From: Neophaeotheca triangularis
Taxonomy: Eukaryota
DNA length: 64,000 nucleotides
NCBI GenBank assembly: GCA_054600435.1
Contig: BAAIJX010000023.1
Span: 1-64,000 of the forward strand
Direction: 5' to 3'
Part shown: positions 21,739 to 34,211 of the stretch, piece by piece
How the letters are laid out: the number at the start of each line of letters is the position of its first letter
Position numbering within the stretch: position 1 is the stretch's first letter
Notes under the pieces: model-generated
What the model was told of the DNA's origin: nothing
Database searches by the model: none
What the model saw: only the letters and a program-made list of their open reading frames with translations
Made by a program: the position numbers and the translations under genes

Positions 21739-23667
21739 TCAAACAGTCTCCTTCCCACTTGCCCTGGCAGCCTTCTCATCACTAGCCTCGTCTTGTCCCG
21801 GGTTGGCCATCTCATACTCAAGAATCTTGATGATGCGGTAGAAGATGTAGGCGACGACGGCGCCTGCTGCCGGACCGACCCCTGGGTGGTGTTAGCTAGG
21901 AAGTCGGGTATAGAAGTCGGGATCGGGACTCACAGTAAATCCAGTGTTCGGTGTCAAATTCTCCGGCGATGACGCAGGGGCCAAAGCTTCGTGCTGGGTT
22001 CAGCGAACCTCCTGTGTAGTAGACTCCTACTAGCTCGGCGACGAAGAGAGCGAGTCCTAAATAGGGTTAGTTGACTGGTGGTTCGTTCTGCTGTCCTTGA
22101 GATGGGACCTACCAATCGCCACAGGAGCAAGGAAAGTGCTCTTGAGATGGTGTCAGTATGGTACAAAGAAATAGTGTTATGAAGGGCCTGACTTACTCGA
22201 TGTTTCTCCTTGGCCATCATTAGGATAGTAAAGACCAATTCGGCCGTCAAGATAGCCTCTATGAAGACGCCTCGAACGAGAGAAGTGCCGTCAGAAAGGG
22301 TTGTGCGGAGGTTAGGCGCAGTCGGAAAGATGACGGACACGAGGAACGACGCGAAGATGCCGCCAACAATCTGGGCGAGAAGGAGCAGCCAACCTCGAAC
22401 CATTGGTATCGTGTGAGTCAAGACCATGGCGAGTGTGCATGCTGGGTTGAAGCTGTTGACCATGATGTTAGCGATGTGTTGGGGGCAGGGACATATACAA
22501 GGTTGTTGAACTCACAGGCCACCACTGATACGGAAAAAGATCCAGACATTGACCATCAGACTGAAGCCGAATGAGAGCGAGATGTACATGAGCACTTGAG
22601 GGCTGAACCCATTTTCAGCGTTGGTCGTGCTGTTGGCAGCTGCACCGCCGATGTTGGCCACCTGGGTACCAGCAAAAGCGAAGAAGAGGAACATTGTCTG
22701 GAATTACGAGTCAGCTCTGGGCGTCAGTACAGGTGGGATAGTGGTATTGCACTTACTGTGCCGACAAATTCACCCAGGAACGCCACTACAATCTCGTCAG
22801 CGTGGAACTTCACTAACACCTCATGAGGTATCGAAAACGCGGTTACTCACCGAAATGGTTCTTCGCGTTGGAATTCATCCACATGGTAAAGGGAAGCCGT
22901 AGCACATCTCCAGGCGGAGGCGTGTCGCCATTGTGACGCCAACTGCTTCGTGTCTGAACACTCCGGGGTCTAGGTTTGCGTGGAGACCCGGAGTCGCTCT
23001 CGTCATCTTCGGGAGGATCTTGAAACCGAGGGAGGGGTTTCCTACCCCCAGCTGGGGGAGGAGGCCCAGCAATTCCCCGAGGAGGGGTATCGCGCATGAT
23101 TGAGGCTTTGGTGTACGGTCGTTGAGGGGTGACTTGCATGTGGTACGGGTCTTCCATGCTAGGCCAGTAGTACTCGTTGGCGCGAGGGTATGGGTCGGCG
23201 CGTTGGTAGGGGTCAGCTCCAGTCCCAGGAGGCGGGTAGTCGTAAGAAACCCGGCCGTAGTAGCTGTGAGGCCTTTCATCGTAGTATTCGGACGTTGGTC
23301 TCGGGCGTCTTGCTACCTGGCGTGAAGGTACACGAGGCGGCGGTCCAGGCTCTTCATTAGCCGGCGTCTCGACTTCGGTTGGGTATTGAATGCTTGGTCC
23401 AGTAGTTGCTGAACCTTCCTGACCGTCGGCAACCGATGGCTGGCGGCGGTGGGTTTCTTTCTGGGCAGAATGCAACAGTTTCTGAGTGCTCTCGTACGAA
23501 GGGCGAACGTCTTCGCTTCGACGAATCGTATCGTGACGAGGTCGCATTGGCACGGCTTGTTGGGGAGGAGCAACCTGTGGGGGTTGAGAAGGTGCCGGAG
23601 TGTTGCTGGCAGATGGCGAGCTAATGCTTGCTGGTTCGATGGTGTTCATGTTGTAGGCGTTGGACAT
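21739..23667 (-). CDS. Aquaporin (MIP family), 7 exons, about 525 aa
   Basis: Introns 22786..22850, 22698..22756, 22453..22515, 22141..22196, 22057..22112 and 21882..21933 (all GT-AG with branch sites) give an open frame with GEFVGT, ISGGLFNPA, GGSLNPARSFGP and HWIYWVGP. Confidence 0.92.
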
Positions 23668-24885
23668 CTTGCTGGGCTGGCTTTCAAAAAGCCCTTTCCT
23701 TTATATACGAAAAACGGCAACGATAACTCAAGAGTGGAAGAATGCAAATAGCTACGAAGCAAGAGCCGCCCAAGATCACTCGAGCAACGAGAAAGTGCAG
23801 ATCACGGGTGTTACATAGGGAACGCAGAATACTTAAGTTAGGGTCTGGTCTGGACACGCACAGTGACGCTACGTGCTTGCCTCGCAATTTACCATAAGAC
23901 CAAGGCGTTGCTCGTGCCCATGAGCTTCGCCCATACGAAGCCCTGCGATCGTGAGCCAGAGATGCAGACCACATGGCGTACCAGGGTGGCGCCCGTATTG
24001 AGAGGGTGGACGTTCTGCATGTCATGCACGACCAGGGGAGGGTTCGACTCCGGATATCACCAACACGGACCTTTTGGGCGTGACGCGTCTCAGAGGGTAC
24101 ATGTCTTTTTCTGTTTCTCGAAGGAGCTGATGACGACGGGCTGAGCTGTGCGTCGTTGAATACAAAAATGAGGCTGCATGGCCAGCCGGGATGGATGGAT
24201 TTGACGACCCAAAGCACAGATTGCATGCAGCCGTTAGGTGTCAACAGGGATCCTGTGCGGCAACGTCGCGATCGAGTGTCAATCATCACGGCCAAGGTTG
24301 GCTGGCCTTTGTCGACGCCCCTCTACTTCAACTTTCAATGGCTCGTCGAATCGTCGTGCAGGAGTCTGAAGAGCCATTGCGGAAAGGAGAGACTCTGATG
24401 GGCGAACAACGAAGCCAGAGATGCCCGTTGCGCTTTGACAGTAGGTGTTTGGGATGCGTAGGCCATCCCGGCCCAACCGAGTCAGGAAGCGCTGTTGTCT
24501 GAAGTCTCGCTTGAGCCAATGTTTACTGATTCAGCGAACTGCAGCCGGGAGGGTCGAGGTCGCGAGTTTGATGAGCACCTGTGAGGCTCACTCAAGATCA
24601 AGTCTCGCGGCCACGGACATGTGCTTCACATTCTTTTCCGTCACTGTTGCAACGGCCGTTGCTTGTGTGAGTGAGGTGGTGAAGCGTGAGGTCTCCGTCG
24701 AGCTGGGCTAACCTGGACGCCGGGGACATTTCGGTACAATGGACGGGAGGTCGGTCATATAACGGCCGATGGTGATGTCAATCCTACCTGCTGGCTGCTG
24801 TCCCTGTAGTTACCTATACTTCCAGAGCTCTAATAAACAATTGGAACCTTAGACTGTTGACTCTCCCCATCAACTCTTGAAAAAC

Positions 24886-25834
24886 ATGGCTTCCGCTGTT
24901 AAGAAGAAGCTGGTAGTTTGCGGAGGCAATGGCTTCCTAGGATCGAGGATCTGCAAAGCCGCAGTCGCAAGAGAATGGGACGTAACATCGATCAGGTAGG
25001 TAAGGACACTCCAGCCTCGAACCATCTAATATGCTCGGCCGACGAGCTGACCGAAAATACTCAAGCCGCTCTGGTGAGCCCAGCTGGCCTTCCGTCTCCT
25101 CCCATCAAACCGCTCCACCGTGGTCCAAATCCGTCAAATGGCTCCCTCGAAACATCCTCGAACCCGAATCGTACAAGGACACGCTCGCCGGGGCGGATGC
25201 TGTAGTGCATAGCATGGGCATCTTGCTCGAAGCCGACTACAAGGGCGTGCTCACGGGCAAGGAATCACCCGTCTCTGGCTTGCGACGAGCCTTCTCCGGC
25301 ACCAAGAGCGGCGCCGACAGGAATCCCCTCGAGCGCGGGCAGAGCGAGGGTTTGAAGCCCGGGGAGAAAGACGGTCAATTGACGTACGAGCTCATGAACC
25401 GAGATTCGGCGATCACACTGGCCAGTGAAGCGAATGAAGCAGGCGTCGGAAGCTTCTGCTACATCTCTGCCGCCGCTGGCGCGCCTGTCTTGCCGCAGAG
25501 ATATATCACGACGAAGCGCGAGGCCGAGGACACCATTACAAGCCAATTCCCACGAATGCGCTCGTTATTCATACGGCCTGGGTTTCTGTATGACAACAGT
25601 CGGGGATTCACCATGCCCATGGCTGCGGTGACCTACGGCGGGTATCTGGTCAACTCGCTTACTGGTGGGAACCTGACGTGGCTTATGGGAGCGGGAGGCA
25701 GCAAGCCCTTGAAGGCGGACCTGGTCGCTGAAGCTGTCGTGGAAGGATTGGCAGATGATGGCGTCAAAGGTGCTGTGGAGACGACCGAAATCGAATCACT
25801 AGCAAACAGGGCCTGGAGAAGGGGCATGCTTTGA
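24886..25834 (+). CDS. COQ11: NAD(P)-binding atypical SDR/epimerase, Coq11-like; intron 24996..25065
   Basis: KLVVCGGNGFLGSRICKAA...S|RSG, AVVHSMGILLEADYK, TYELMNRDSA, RYITTKREAE and FIRPGFLYD. Confidence 0.82.
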
Positions 25835-25959
25835 TTCGGTTGAAGCTGCCCTCAGACGCCTTCCGCAACGTGAGCAACAAACGGAGGGTACGCGCTTGTA
25901 GACTAATAGCAGGCAGACGCTTGTGCAATACCTAAAACCAGCCTCTTAGAAGCATCATC

Positions 25960-26387
25960 TCACCACTTCGTCCAACCGTCATCGTCCTCCTCGTCCCCAA
26001 CCTCTGCCTCCTCCTCCACAACATCCCGATGCTCGATCCACTCATAATCAGCATCCTTCTCCTCCTCCGTATACACCCTTTCAAACCTCTTCTTGAAAAG
26101 AGAACCGAAACCCAGCATGCCACCACCGCTCTCCGGCTTGGCTTCCACTTTGGTCACCTCCGGAACTTTCGCCTTGCCGGTTTGCACCTCCTCTTCATGG
26201 CTTTCCGCTGCTTTCCGCTGCCTGTTGGCTTCCTTTGCAAGCTTCAACGGCGAATCAGTCGAGCGAAAGTGCAAATCCGTGGGGGCAGACTTACCCCTGA
26301 ATCCAGCCGCTCGTCACAAGTATCTGCGCCACCGCGCGCTCGGCCCCTGGCCATGGCCACCGGACTGACTCTTGGTGTTTGGTGCAT
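25960..26387 (-). CDS. Hypothetical small protein with acidic C-terminus; intron 26242..26294; start uncertain
   Basis: A GTAAGT...ACTGAT...AAG intron joins ...DERLDSG to LAKEANRQRK...EEDDDGWTKW in frame. Alternative upstream ATG at 26594 is interrupted by one in-frame TGA. Confidence 0.5.
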
Positions 26388-26984
26388 TCTTGAGATCCGT
26401 CTCTTGGGGTTCTTGGAGGTTTGGTGGATGGTTGTCGTTGTTGGTTTCCAGTCTTTTGATGGGGCTGCTTGGTGGTCAGGTTTGGATATGAGAGGGCCAA
26501 CTTTCACTCCCAGGTCTGCTCATCTTTGGTGCAGAGCTGTGACAACACTTTGCGGTTGGCAATCAAGGCGAGCAAACTCCTTCTGGCTGGTCATGGGGTC
26601 ATTGGGGCGTGTTGTGATTTCAGTGAAAGTTGCGCTGGAAATGAACAGTGACAGGTGATTCTCGAAAGTCGCTAGGCAAGGCGCGCCGGTGACTTTGTGG
26701 TTGAGAGTAGACTATGCAGGGTTTTCGGAGTACGTGAGCTACATTAGTCGATCTAGCAACTTGTTACTCTGAATGTAAAACCACATTGGCTTGCTTTGCG
26801 AGTATTGCAAATCCAGTTATGATTTTGATGGTACTTTAATACTCCTAGAGCAAGTACAGTGGGCGTACGACTTGCAGAAGCAGAACGGAGCTCGAGGCAA
26901 ACAGGCATGTCGCACTTAGCAAACCCAAACGCTTGAACTCGAGTTCAGACTGCTCCACCCTCCTCCTCGTAATGCCCATCAGGG

Positions 26985-27998
26985 CTACTGTCTGCAGCCA
27001 AGGGAGTCTCTCAGCTGGGCCTCGAAAATGCCCCTTAGCGCTTCGGGCTGCAGATTCCGGGAGTCACCACGAGTCGACGACCACCATCTATTGGCGTCTT
27101 TGGACTCGAGTTGTTTTAAGCTCAAAACCGCTATTCCAGCGTCCTTTGCACCGTGAGCATATCCGTACGTCTCGAGGAAGATGTGACCGTCTCTGTACAG
27201 TTGCTTGGCAAGTTTGCTTGGTTCGCCGTGGTGAACTACAGTGCAGTCGAAGTAGATGGTGCGGAGGTTCGTGCAATCGGCCAGAAGAGTGAGGGCGGCG
27301 TGATTTCCAGCTTTGGTACCGTAGCCTGCCAAATACTCCCTGAGGGTGACGTCTTTCAACAGCAGACGGTTCTTACGTCCAATGACGGCGAGGAAACTGT
27401 GTAGAGCGGTAACATCTGCCAAGATGAATGGATGCGAATAGAGCAAGTCGCTGGCTTCTTGATGGATTTGCTGGTTGACGCGTAGTAGTGCTGGAACGAG
27501 TTGTGGACGGACGTAGTCCTTGCTGCGGGCACGGGGAACACGTTGCCAGCTGCGAAAGCTGCGTGGCCGCACTTTCTCGTCACTGGCGCGAACGTCGTCC
27601 ATGCGGACCGTCCTGCGGTTTTTCGTGCGTGCTGAAACGAGCTGAATGCCGCCCTCCTCGGTCAAAGCGAAGCTGTAGATGATATTCCGCAGCTCTGGAG
27701 GCAAATCGAGGAAGCGGAACGCGGGTGGTGCCTTCTTCTTGCTTGCATTCTTCGACTTTTTGGTCTTCTTCTTAGCGGACGCACGAGAAGTTGATGCCGT
27801 CTGAAAAGCGTTAGCTGACTTAGTGGTCAAACCGAGAACGAGTCGGGGGATGGGATTCACCTGTTTCGACCCGTAAGAGCCAGATTCGTCATCGGACTGG
27901 TGGAGAACGGCATCCAGAGTCTCGCTCTCGGCGCCCTCATCTCCTTCAAAGTACGACACAACGGGCCTCTTGCGCTTGCCCAGCACGACTGAAGCCAT
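26985..27998 (-). CDS. F-box-like (LPxElRxxIY) domain protein; probable in-frame intron 27801..27860
   Basis: FRFLDLPPELRNIIYSFAL and ALLRVNQQIHQEASDLLYS, plus a basic NLS-like N-terminus. Intron GTGAAT...GCTAAC...CAG. Confidence 0.78.
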   Translation of the reverse strand: MASVVLGKRKRPVVSYFEGDEGAESETLDAVLHQSDDESGSYGSKQVNPIPRLVLGLTTKSANAFQTASTSRASAKKKTKKSKNASKKKAPPAFRFLDLPPELRNIIYSFALTEEGGIQLVSARTKNRRTVRMDDVRASDEKVRPRSFRSWQRVPRARSKDYVRPQLVPALLRVNQQIHQEASDLLYSHPFILADVTALHSFLAVIGRKNRLLLKDVTLREYLAGYGTKAGNHAALTLLADCTNLRTIYFDCTVVHHGEPSKLAKQLYRDGHIFLETYGYAHGAKDAGIAVLSLKQLESKDANRWWSSTRGDSRNLQPEALRGIFEAQLRDSLGCRQ

Positions 27999-28748
27999 GT
28001 CAAGGGCAGGTAGGAGATGGTAGGGTGGTTTGGAGAGTTTGCCGGAAGGGATTGAATTGGAAGGGAAGTGGGAGTTGAGGGTGAGGAAGGGAAGGTGGAA
28101 GTTGGCTGTTGCCTTGTGTATCCTCGTAGGTTGACTTGCCTTCTGGCAGTGTTGGATGGATAACTTGTGGCTCCACTGGGAAGGCACCTCAGGTAGACAA
28201 CACGCGCACGCTTCGTAGGCACCAGGCAGCCGCCGCACGTTATATAATGATTACAGGCAGCGGGAGAAGGCACGAAGGTATACTTATATTCACACGGTAT
28301 TGTATGATACGGTAAGGTAAGGTAGCTAAGGTATCATTTTGACGTGTTGTAGCCTGTGACTTAGGGCAAAGGACTGTGAAGCCCCGTCCAGGTATCTTGT
28401 TTGTCTGGTCTCCGAAGCCGGAGATGTTTGCCTTGCCCAGGTTGCCCAGGTTGGTTTGCCGAGAAAGCTCTCCCGTCGTGCCCGTCCCCCGCCCCGTCGT
28501 CGCCTGTCCACGCCCTCCGCAGCCTCCGCTGACCTCCAATAGCCGGTAGTTGCATCCGGGCGGCTTAAGGAGCTCGAACAGTAGGTAAAACAAACAGTAC
28601 ATGTGTCGGCGACTATTTAATCAAAAAACCTCGTGTTCATGTCCTCTCCTTTCCCCTCTACTCCACCACCTAAGGTATACATAGGTAACCTCCAGTGGGC
28701 TTCATACCTGTTGTCCTTAATAACAAACTTAGCTAAGCGTGAACGAGC

Positions 28749-30444
28749 ATGGACTTCACCTGCGCGCTGGCCTCCAAATTGGGAGGAGCAGCAGCTCATG
28801 CTCAAGTCCGCTTTACCCAAGCACCCATAGCAGCATGGCGGCTCTCGCAGCAATGCAACCAGGTGCGCAGCTTTCAGACTAGCACCTTCCTCAGAGATGC
28901 TCCGGGCGGTACTCCAGAGAAGATCCGTGGCGGATCCAAGGTCTTCGACTCTGTTGACGACGCTGTTGCGGACATTAAATCTGGATCGACCGTCTTGAGT
29001 GCTGGTTTTGGACTATGCGGAACGGCCGAGACCATCCTCGGGGCAATGCACAAGAGAGGCCCCGAATCGCTGCACTCCCTCACCGCCGTCTCCAACAACG
29101 CAGGCACCGCCATTGGAGGCGGTCTTTCGCCCTTGATCGAGGCCGGTCAGGTCAACCGTGCCATCTGCAGCTTCATCGGCGGAAACAAAGCCCTCGAGGC
29201 AAGATATCTCTCTGGCAAGATTGCCATCGAACTCACACCCCAAGGTACCTTGGCTGAAAAGCTTAGGTGTGGTGGTGCTGGTATCCCGGCTTTCTACACC
29301 CCTACTGGCGTTGACACCTTCATTCAAAGCGGCCAAATTCCCGCGAGACTAAACAAGAACGATGTGCTGGAAGCCGGTAAGCCACGCGAGACTAGAATCT
29401 TTGATGGACGAGTCTACAACATGGAGACGGCGATCAAGGGTGATGTCGCTGTGCTCCGTGCCTGGAAAGTCGACCAAGATGGCAACTGCAAGTTCCGCTA
29501 CACGACCAAACAATTTGCGCCTTTGATGGCGAAGGCCGCAAGCGTTGCCATCGTCGAGGCTGAGCACATTGTACCTACTGGCGAACTAAAGCCTGATGAA
29601 ATCGACCTGCCTGGTATCTTCGTTGACCGCGTGGTTCAAGCGACGGCGGAAAAGATCATCGAGATCAAGAAGCTTCGCCCCACTGAGAGTGTCGAGTCCG
29701 GCGAGAAAGAGTCCGACTCTGTTGTCCGTCGCAATCGCATTGCTAAACGAGCAGCAAAGGAGCTCTTGCCAGGCTACTACGTCAACTTGGGCGTCGGAAT
29801 GCCAACGCTTGCTCCTTCCTACTTGCCACCTGACTCCAAGGTCTGGATTCAATCCGAGAACGGTCTCCTCGGTATGGGCCCTTATCCCACTGAAGAGGAA
29901 GTGGACGCCGATGTCATCAACGCCGGCAAGGAGACTGTTACAATGGTCAGCGGAGCCAGCACTTTCGACTCATCTGAAAGCTTTGGCATGATTCGTGGCG
30001 GCCACGTCGATGTTTCCATGCTCGGTGCCCTTCAAGTCGGTGCCAACGGTGACTTGGCAAACTACATGATTCCCGGCAAGGTCAGTTACATGAATCCATA
30101 TAGGACGATTCAGTTCTAGCCAGAAACTAACCCATCAACAGGTCTTCAAGGGCATGGGCGGAGCGATGGACTTGGTCTCAAACCCCGACAACACCAAGAT
30201 TGTGGTCTTGACCGACCACGTGGCCAAGGACGGTTCCGCGAAAATCGTTCAACATACCACGCTCCCTCTCACCGGTGCCAGATGTGTCAGCACCATCATC
30301 ACCGATCTCTGTGTTTTCCAAGTGGACCGTACAAAGGGTACCCTGACATTGACAGAGCTCGCGCCAGGTGTCACCGTTGATGAAGTCAAGTCGAAGACGG
30401 ATGCGAAATTCGAAATCGCCGAGCCACTGGGCAGCATGGAGTGA
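28749..30444 (+). CDS. Succinyl-CoA:3-ketoacid CoA transferase (SCOT), mitochondrial; intron 30081..30141
   Basis: GGFG-like [42 protein letters not shown], active-site QSENG and [10 protein letters not shown]. Confidence 0.93.
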
Positions 30445-30618
30445 ATATGATGGAAAGTTTTTCCCAGAACTGCGACTATTTCTTGTAGATAACCCGACAA
30501 ATTGGCACATTTCTTTATGCCTGATGAGAATCGCCAGGCGCAATCTATATGACCCATCACATAAAGCATCTTTCCTTCAGAAGTGGGATTCATAATAACA
30601 ACATCACGCACCACAAGC

Positions 30619-31503
30619 TCAGAGTTTCGCCTTCAAATCCTTCTCCATACCCGGGGCGAATGTAGTGCCCCTCGCACCACCAATAGCCTCAACAATGCGA
30701 TCCACCGACTGCAAAAGCCACATACTCCCCTCATCACTCGCCAACCACTTGCCCCCCTCCACGCTCTGCTCAGCCACAGCACTCCCATCCTCAAACGCCT
30801 TCCGCAAGCCAAAAACATGGCTCACAACCTGCGGGCCCACGCCCGTCTGCGACCGCAAACAAGCCACGGCAATGACAGACGTCAGCACGCGTCCCACGGG
30901 CGCCGGATCGCGGCCCGCAGGCATGGGCGGATCCGAGAACAAGCAGCCGTACTCGGACTCGATGATGTGAACGGGCAGATCGGGATGCGACTGCGCGAGT
31001 TTCGCCGCCAGCTTCTCGCTGAAAGGGTGGTAGATGCTGTCCCACAAGCCGTGGCCGCGCTTCACCGCGGTCTCGACGTTCTGGGTGGTGAGATTCCGCC
31101 GCGGCTGCCGTTTCGCTAGCTCCTGTTGGATTTCCTGGGGCAGGGCCGAGTGGAAGGCACCCAGGCAGTTGATGGTTCGCGGGACGCCGTTGAAGCCGAT
31201 GCATTTGAGGCCGACTTCTCGCATCAGTTCTGCGGCGTAGAGGGAGTGGTTCGTGGAGTTGGTGGTGGTTTGCTGGGAAGAGGTTGCGAGGTTGTACAGG
31301 GCGAGCAGTGAGTCTGGGGAGTTCATGGTCATGGTTGCGGCCGTGGAGGCGCAAAGCCATGCTGGCAGACCGACTTGCTTGGAGCTGGCTTCGCTTGCTA
31401 TGCGTTCGTAAATTGAGGTTATGTTTCTAGGTGCTGGCACGGTGTTTGGGCGTGCGTGGCTGGCGTTTATGAAGGCTTTCAGTGGCTCGGATAGCTTCGA
31501 CAT
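30619..31503 (-). CDS. AhpD/carboxymuconolactone-decarboxylase-like protein (Pxp2-like) with PTS1 (-AKL)
   Basis: AELMREVGLKCIGFNGVPRTIN, RGHGLWDSIY and IAVACLRSQTGVGPQVVSHVFGL. C-terminus KAKL* is a canonical peroxisomal targeting signal. Confidence 0.75.
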   Translation of the reverse strand: MSKLSEPLKAFINASHARPNTVPAPRNITSIYERIASEASSKQVGLPAWLCASTAATMTMNSPDSLLALYNLATSSQQTTTNSTNHSLYAAELMREVGLKCIGFNGVPRTINCLGAFHSALPQEIQQELAKRQPRRNLTTQNVETAVKRGHGLWDSIYHPFSEKLAAKLAQSHPDLPVHIIESEYGCLFSDPPMPAGRDPAPVGRVLTSVIAVACLRSQTGVGPQVVSHVFGLRKAFEDGSAVAEQSVEGGKWLASDEGSMWLLQSVDRIVEAIGGARGTTFAPGMEKDLKAKL

Positions 31504-32122
31504 GATGTTTTGCAGTTGATGGGGAGGATTTGAGTTGGTTCAACTTGAAATTGCGAGGTTTATGGTCCGTGTCGAGTTTACGGATTCTGGCAACGATCTT
31601 GAAATGCTGTGCGTATGTATTATTGTTGTTGGGTCTGGTCTGTACATCCTACCTAGAGGCTACCTTGAGATGAGATACCAACATCGAGTCGGTCCATGAG
31701 GTCGCCGAAGTCGGCTATTGCGGCAGTCGCGAGCGCTGCGTTTCCGATAGCCGAGCACAGCATTTCCGCGTCTGGCGGATATCCCATCAACGTTGCTAGA
31801 GCCAAGCCCTCCTGAGCTCCCTCGGCGCTGCAGGGTCCGATCTCGGGATGCCTACATGTATAGGTACGGTAGCGTACACAGTGTTGACTTTTCACCAGCA
31901 CCCTCGAGCTCCATGACCACAGCGAAACCATTATTGCTGCGATGTTGGCCACAATCTGCGACAAGATATCACGCCTCTGCCTTCAGCTGACAGCTGGACT
32001 GTAAAGCAACGCCTGTGACCCTTTGAGAGCTCAAGCGTCGACTGAAGAGTGGGAGAACATGACAGCATATTGATTCTATCGGGCTTCATCCTGACGACAA
32101 TGACGGTCTCTTGGTCGTGACC

Positions 32123-32997
32123 TTACCAAGACAAGAGATTCTGCTTGAGCTGCTGCAGTTCCGTGTCGCTAAGGCCACACCTCTCTTGCATATACCGCTC
32201 CGGAGCACCATACTCCTGCCTCAACATATCAAGCGAGGCAAGCATGTTTTCCTTTTTGCTGCTTACCATGTTATTGATGCCCTCGAGATTGCCCTCCAGA
32301 GCCGGGTTCTTGAGAAGTCTCTCGATAAAGAGAGGCTTCAACGAAGCGAGCCCTTGATCTGTTAAGCTGTACTCCCGCGCGATTGTGTCGTCGTCGACAC
32401 CCGCAAGCATGAACAGCATGGCGACGAAAACCCCTGTGCGGTCTTTCCCAGCTGTGCAGTGGATGAGGCAGGGTTCTGGCGATTGCTTGGCGAGATGCTT
32501 GAAGATGGTCCCGTAGGCGTCCGGGGCGTTGGCTGTGATGTCTCTGTATGCCGAGACGAATCCGTCGGGGGTGGCGCGAGTGTAGTTTTTGTACCGCAAC
32601 GCTACTTGCTCAGGGCCGTAGTCCTGGTCGGCGAACACCGGAGTCCATACGCGAGTGATGCCATGTGGTTTAAAGGCATCGGTGGTGTCAACTTTTACAT
32701 CTGCCCATTCTGGTCCATCACGTTTGATCTCGGGCAAAGAACGCAAGTCGTAGATGAACTTGATACCTGCAACGGATTGTTAGATGTCCTGTGAGTTTGC
32801 CTCGACGGAGGAAGTCTCACCTTACCTAGAGTCTTGCTCATCGTTTGCAGGCCTTCTTCCGTAGCTTTGGAAGGGTCCGCGGCCCGGAAGAGCAGACCTT
32901 TGCGAATCGATTGGCCATTCGCAGTGGCGTAGCCCCCGATGTCTCTGAAGTTCGCGGTGCCAGGCACTTTGACAAACGGGGGTGGAAGATCAGCCAT
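32123..32997 (-). CDS. Tyrosine/dual-specificity phosphatase (Y_phosphatase3/IphP-like); intron 32767..32825
   Basis: NFRDIGGY, IYDLRS, P-loop IHCTAGKDRTG and IAREYSLT. Confidence 0.9.
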
Positions 32998-33330
32998 TGT
33001 CTCAGAGTGGACAGACAGATGTCAAAATGCGCTCAGGAGAAGTCGCTATGTCAACCAGCGGGGTATTCTGTCTTGTGGTGTTTTTGTGATAGTTCAGAGT
33101 ATGTGTTGGCCTGAGGGTGCGTGACTTTCTACAGCAAGTGATATCAGAGTGCGGAGCAGAAGATCCGGTTACTTTCTCAGGCTCTTTGGAGGGGCAGATG
33201 CCCAAGCTCCTCAGTACATACTGTAGTACTCGGCGACCACAACTCTTCAATCTCCCTTTCACTTCGTATGCGGCGATGACAATCATCGAATTGACTATAA
33301 ACCCCCATCGAGTCGATTTCCAATCTCATC

Positions 33331-34164
33331 ATGGACTTGTGTGGCCGAGTTGAGGAAAAAGCAAGCCTTCTGACGCTTCCAGCCGAGATACGCGCAACCA
33401 TCTTGGACCATGTCTTTGAGGACGATGCCCCCACAGCTGCATTCACAAACCAAAAGACCATCGACGGGACACAAACCACCGTCCTACAAGCAGAATATCG
33501 CGTATCGTCCAAGATGGCCCCACTATCCGTTTGCCGCCTGCTCTATCGCGAGGCCAGCCTACTAGCACTTTCACGAACGACCTTCGTTGCCTCGAGCCTC
33601 TTCTGCAACATCCCCCACCGCCTGCGAGTCTTGTGTCCCCAACAAACCGGAGCCCTGAGATCCATCGCCTTCGTCGCCGATGCACGGCATTTCGGCAAGC
33701 TACTGGCTTGGGGCGAGCACCCCTTCGGCGTCCCGGAACTGCGCCTCGACACTGTGACCATCGTGCTCCATCGCTCTAGCTACTTTCACTATCTCTACGA
33801 CTTCACCGCGGACATTGCCAAGCTGCTGAGGAGACTTGGGAATGTCAAGCGACTCGTTTTCGTCCGGAATGACGCTCGGGTCAAGGGCTCCTTTCTCGGC
33901 TGGTATAACCGTCTGGTCGCTCGCATTCTCAAGACTGATCATTACGAGAGGTTCGACGCTTCGCCGCCCAATCCTGAAGAAAGGTGGTGGCGATGGAGCT
34001 TCGATCACCAGGGACAGACTTGCTGCCTCTCAGTCGGACCTCCCAAACCTGCCATGGTTGAAGAGGAGTACATGGAATGGTTGAAGCCATTGCATTTGGA
34101 GTTGATGGCGAGTGTGGAGAACGAGCCATATAATGCGGACCCGAGAGTTCGCAATGGTGCTTGA
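33331..34164 (+). CDS. Hypothetical protein with N-terminal F-box-like motif
   Basis: 277-aa ORF with SLLTLPAEIRATILDHVF and PLSVCRLLYREAS; coding-like composition. Confidence 0.72.
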   Translation: MDLCGRVEEKASLLTLPAEIRATILDHVFEDDAPTAAFTNQKTIDGTQTTVLQAEYRVSSKMAPLSVCRLLYREASLLALSRTTFVASSLFCNIPHRLRVLCPQQTGALRSIAFVADARHFGKLLAWGEHPFGVPELRLDTVTIVLHRSSYFHYLYDFTADIAKLLRRLGNVKRLVFVRNDARVKGSFLGWYNRLVARILKTDHYERFDASPPNPEERWWRWSFDHQGQTCCLSVGPPKPAMVEEEYMEWLKPLHLELMASVENEPYNADPRVRNGA

Positions 34165-34211
34165 GACTCGTTGTACGCTTGATTCTTGGGTATACAATGT
34201 GCCTTGGTCAT

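Noticed and set aside
31653..31964. 103-aa ORF between the AhpD-like and phosphatase genes
   Set aside because: No recognisable motif, non-ATG start, no supporting splice structure.
28749..33000. SCOT, AhpD-like and phosphatase genes as a beta-ketoadipate pathway cluster
   Set aside because: No ring-cleavage dioxygenase, lactonase, thiolase or regulator nearby. The AhpD-like protein has a PTS1 while SCOT looks mitochondrial.
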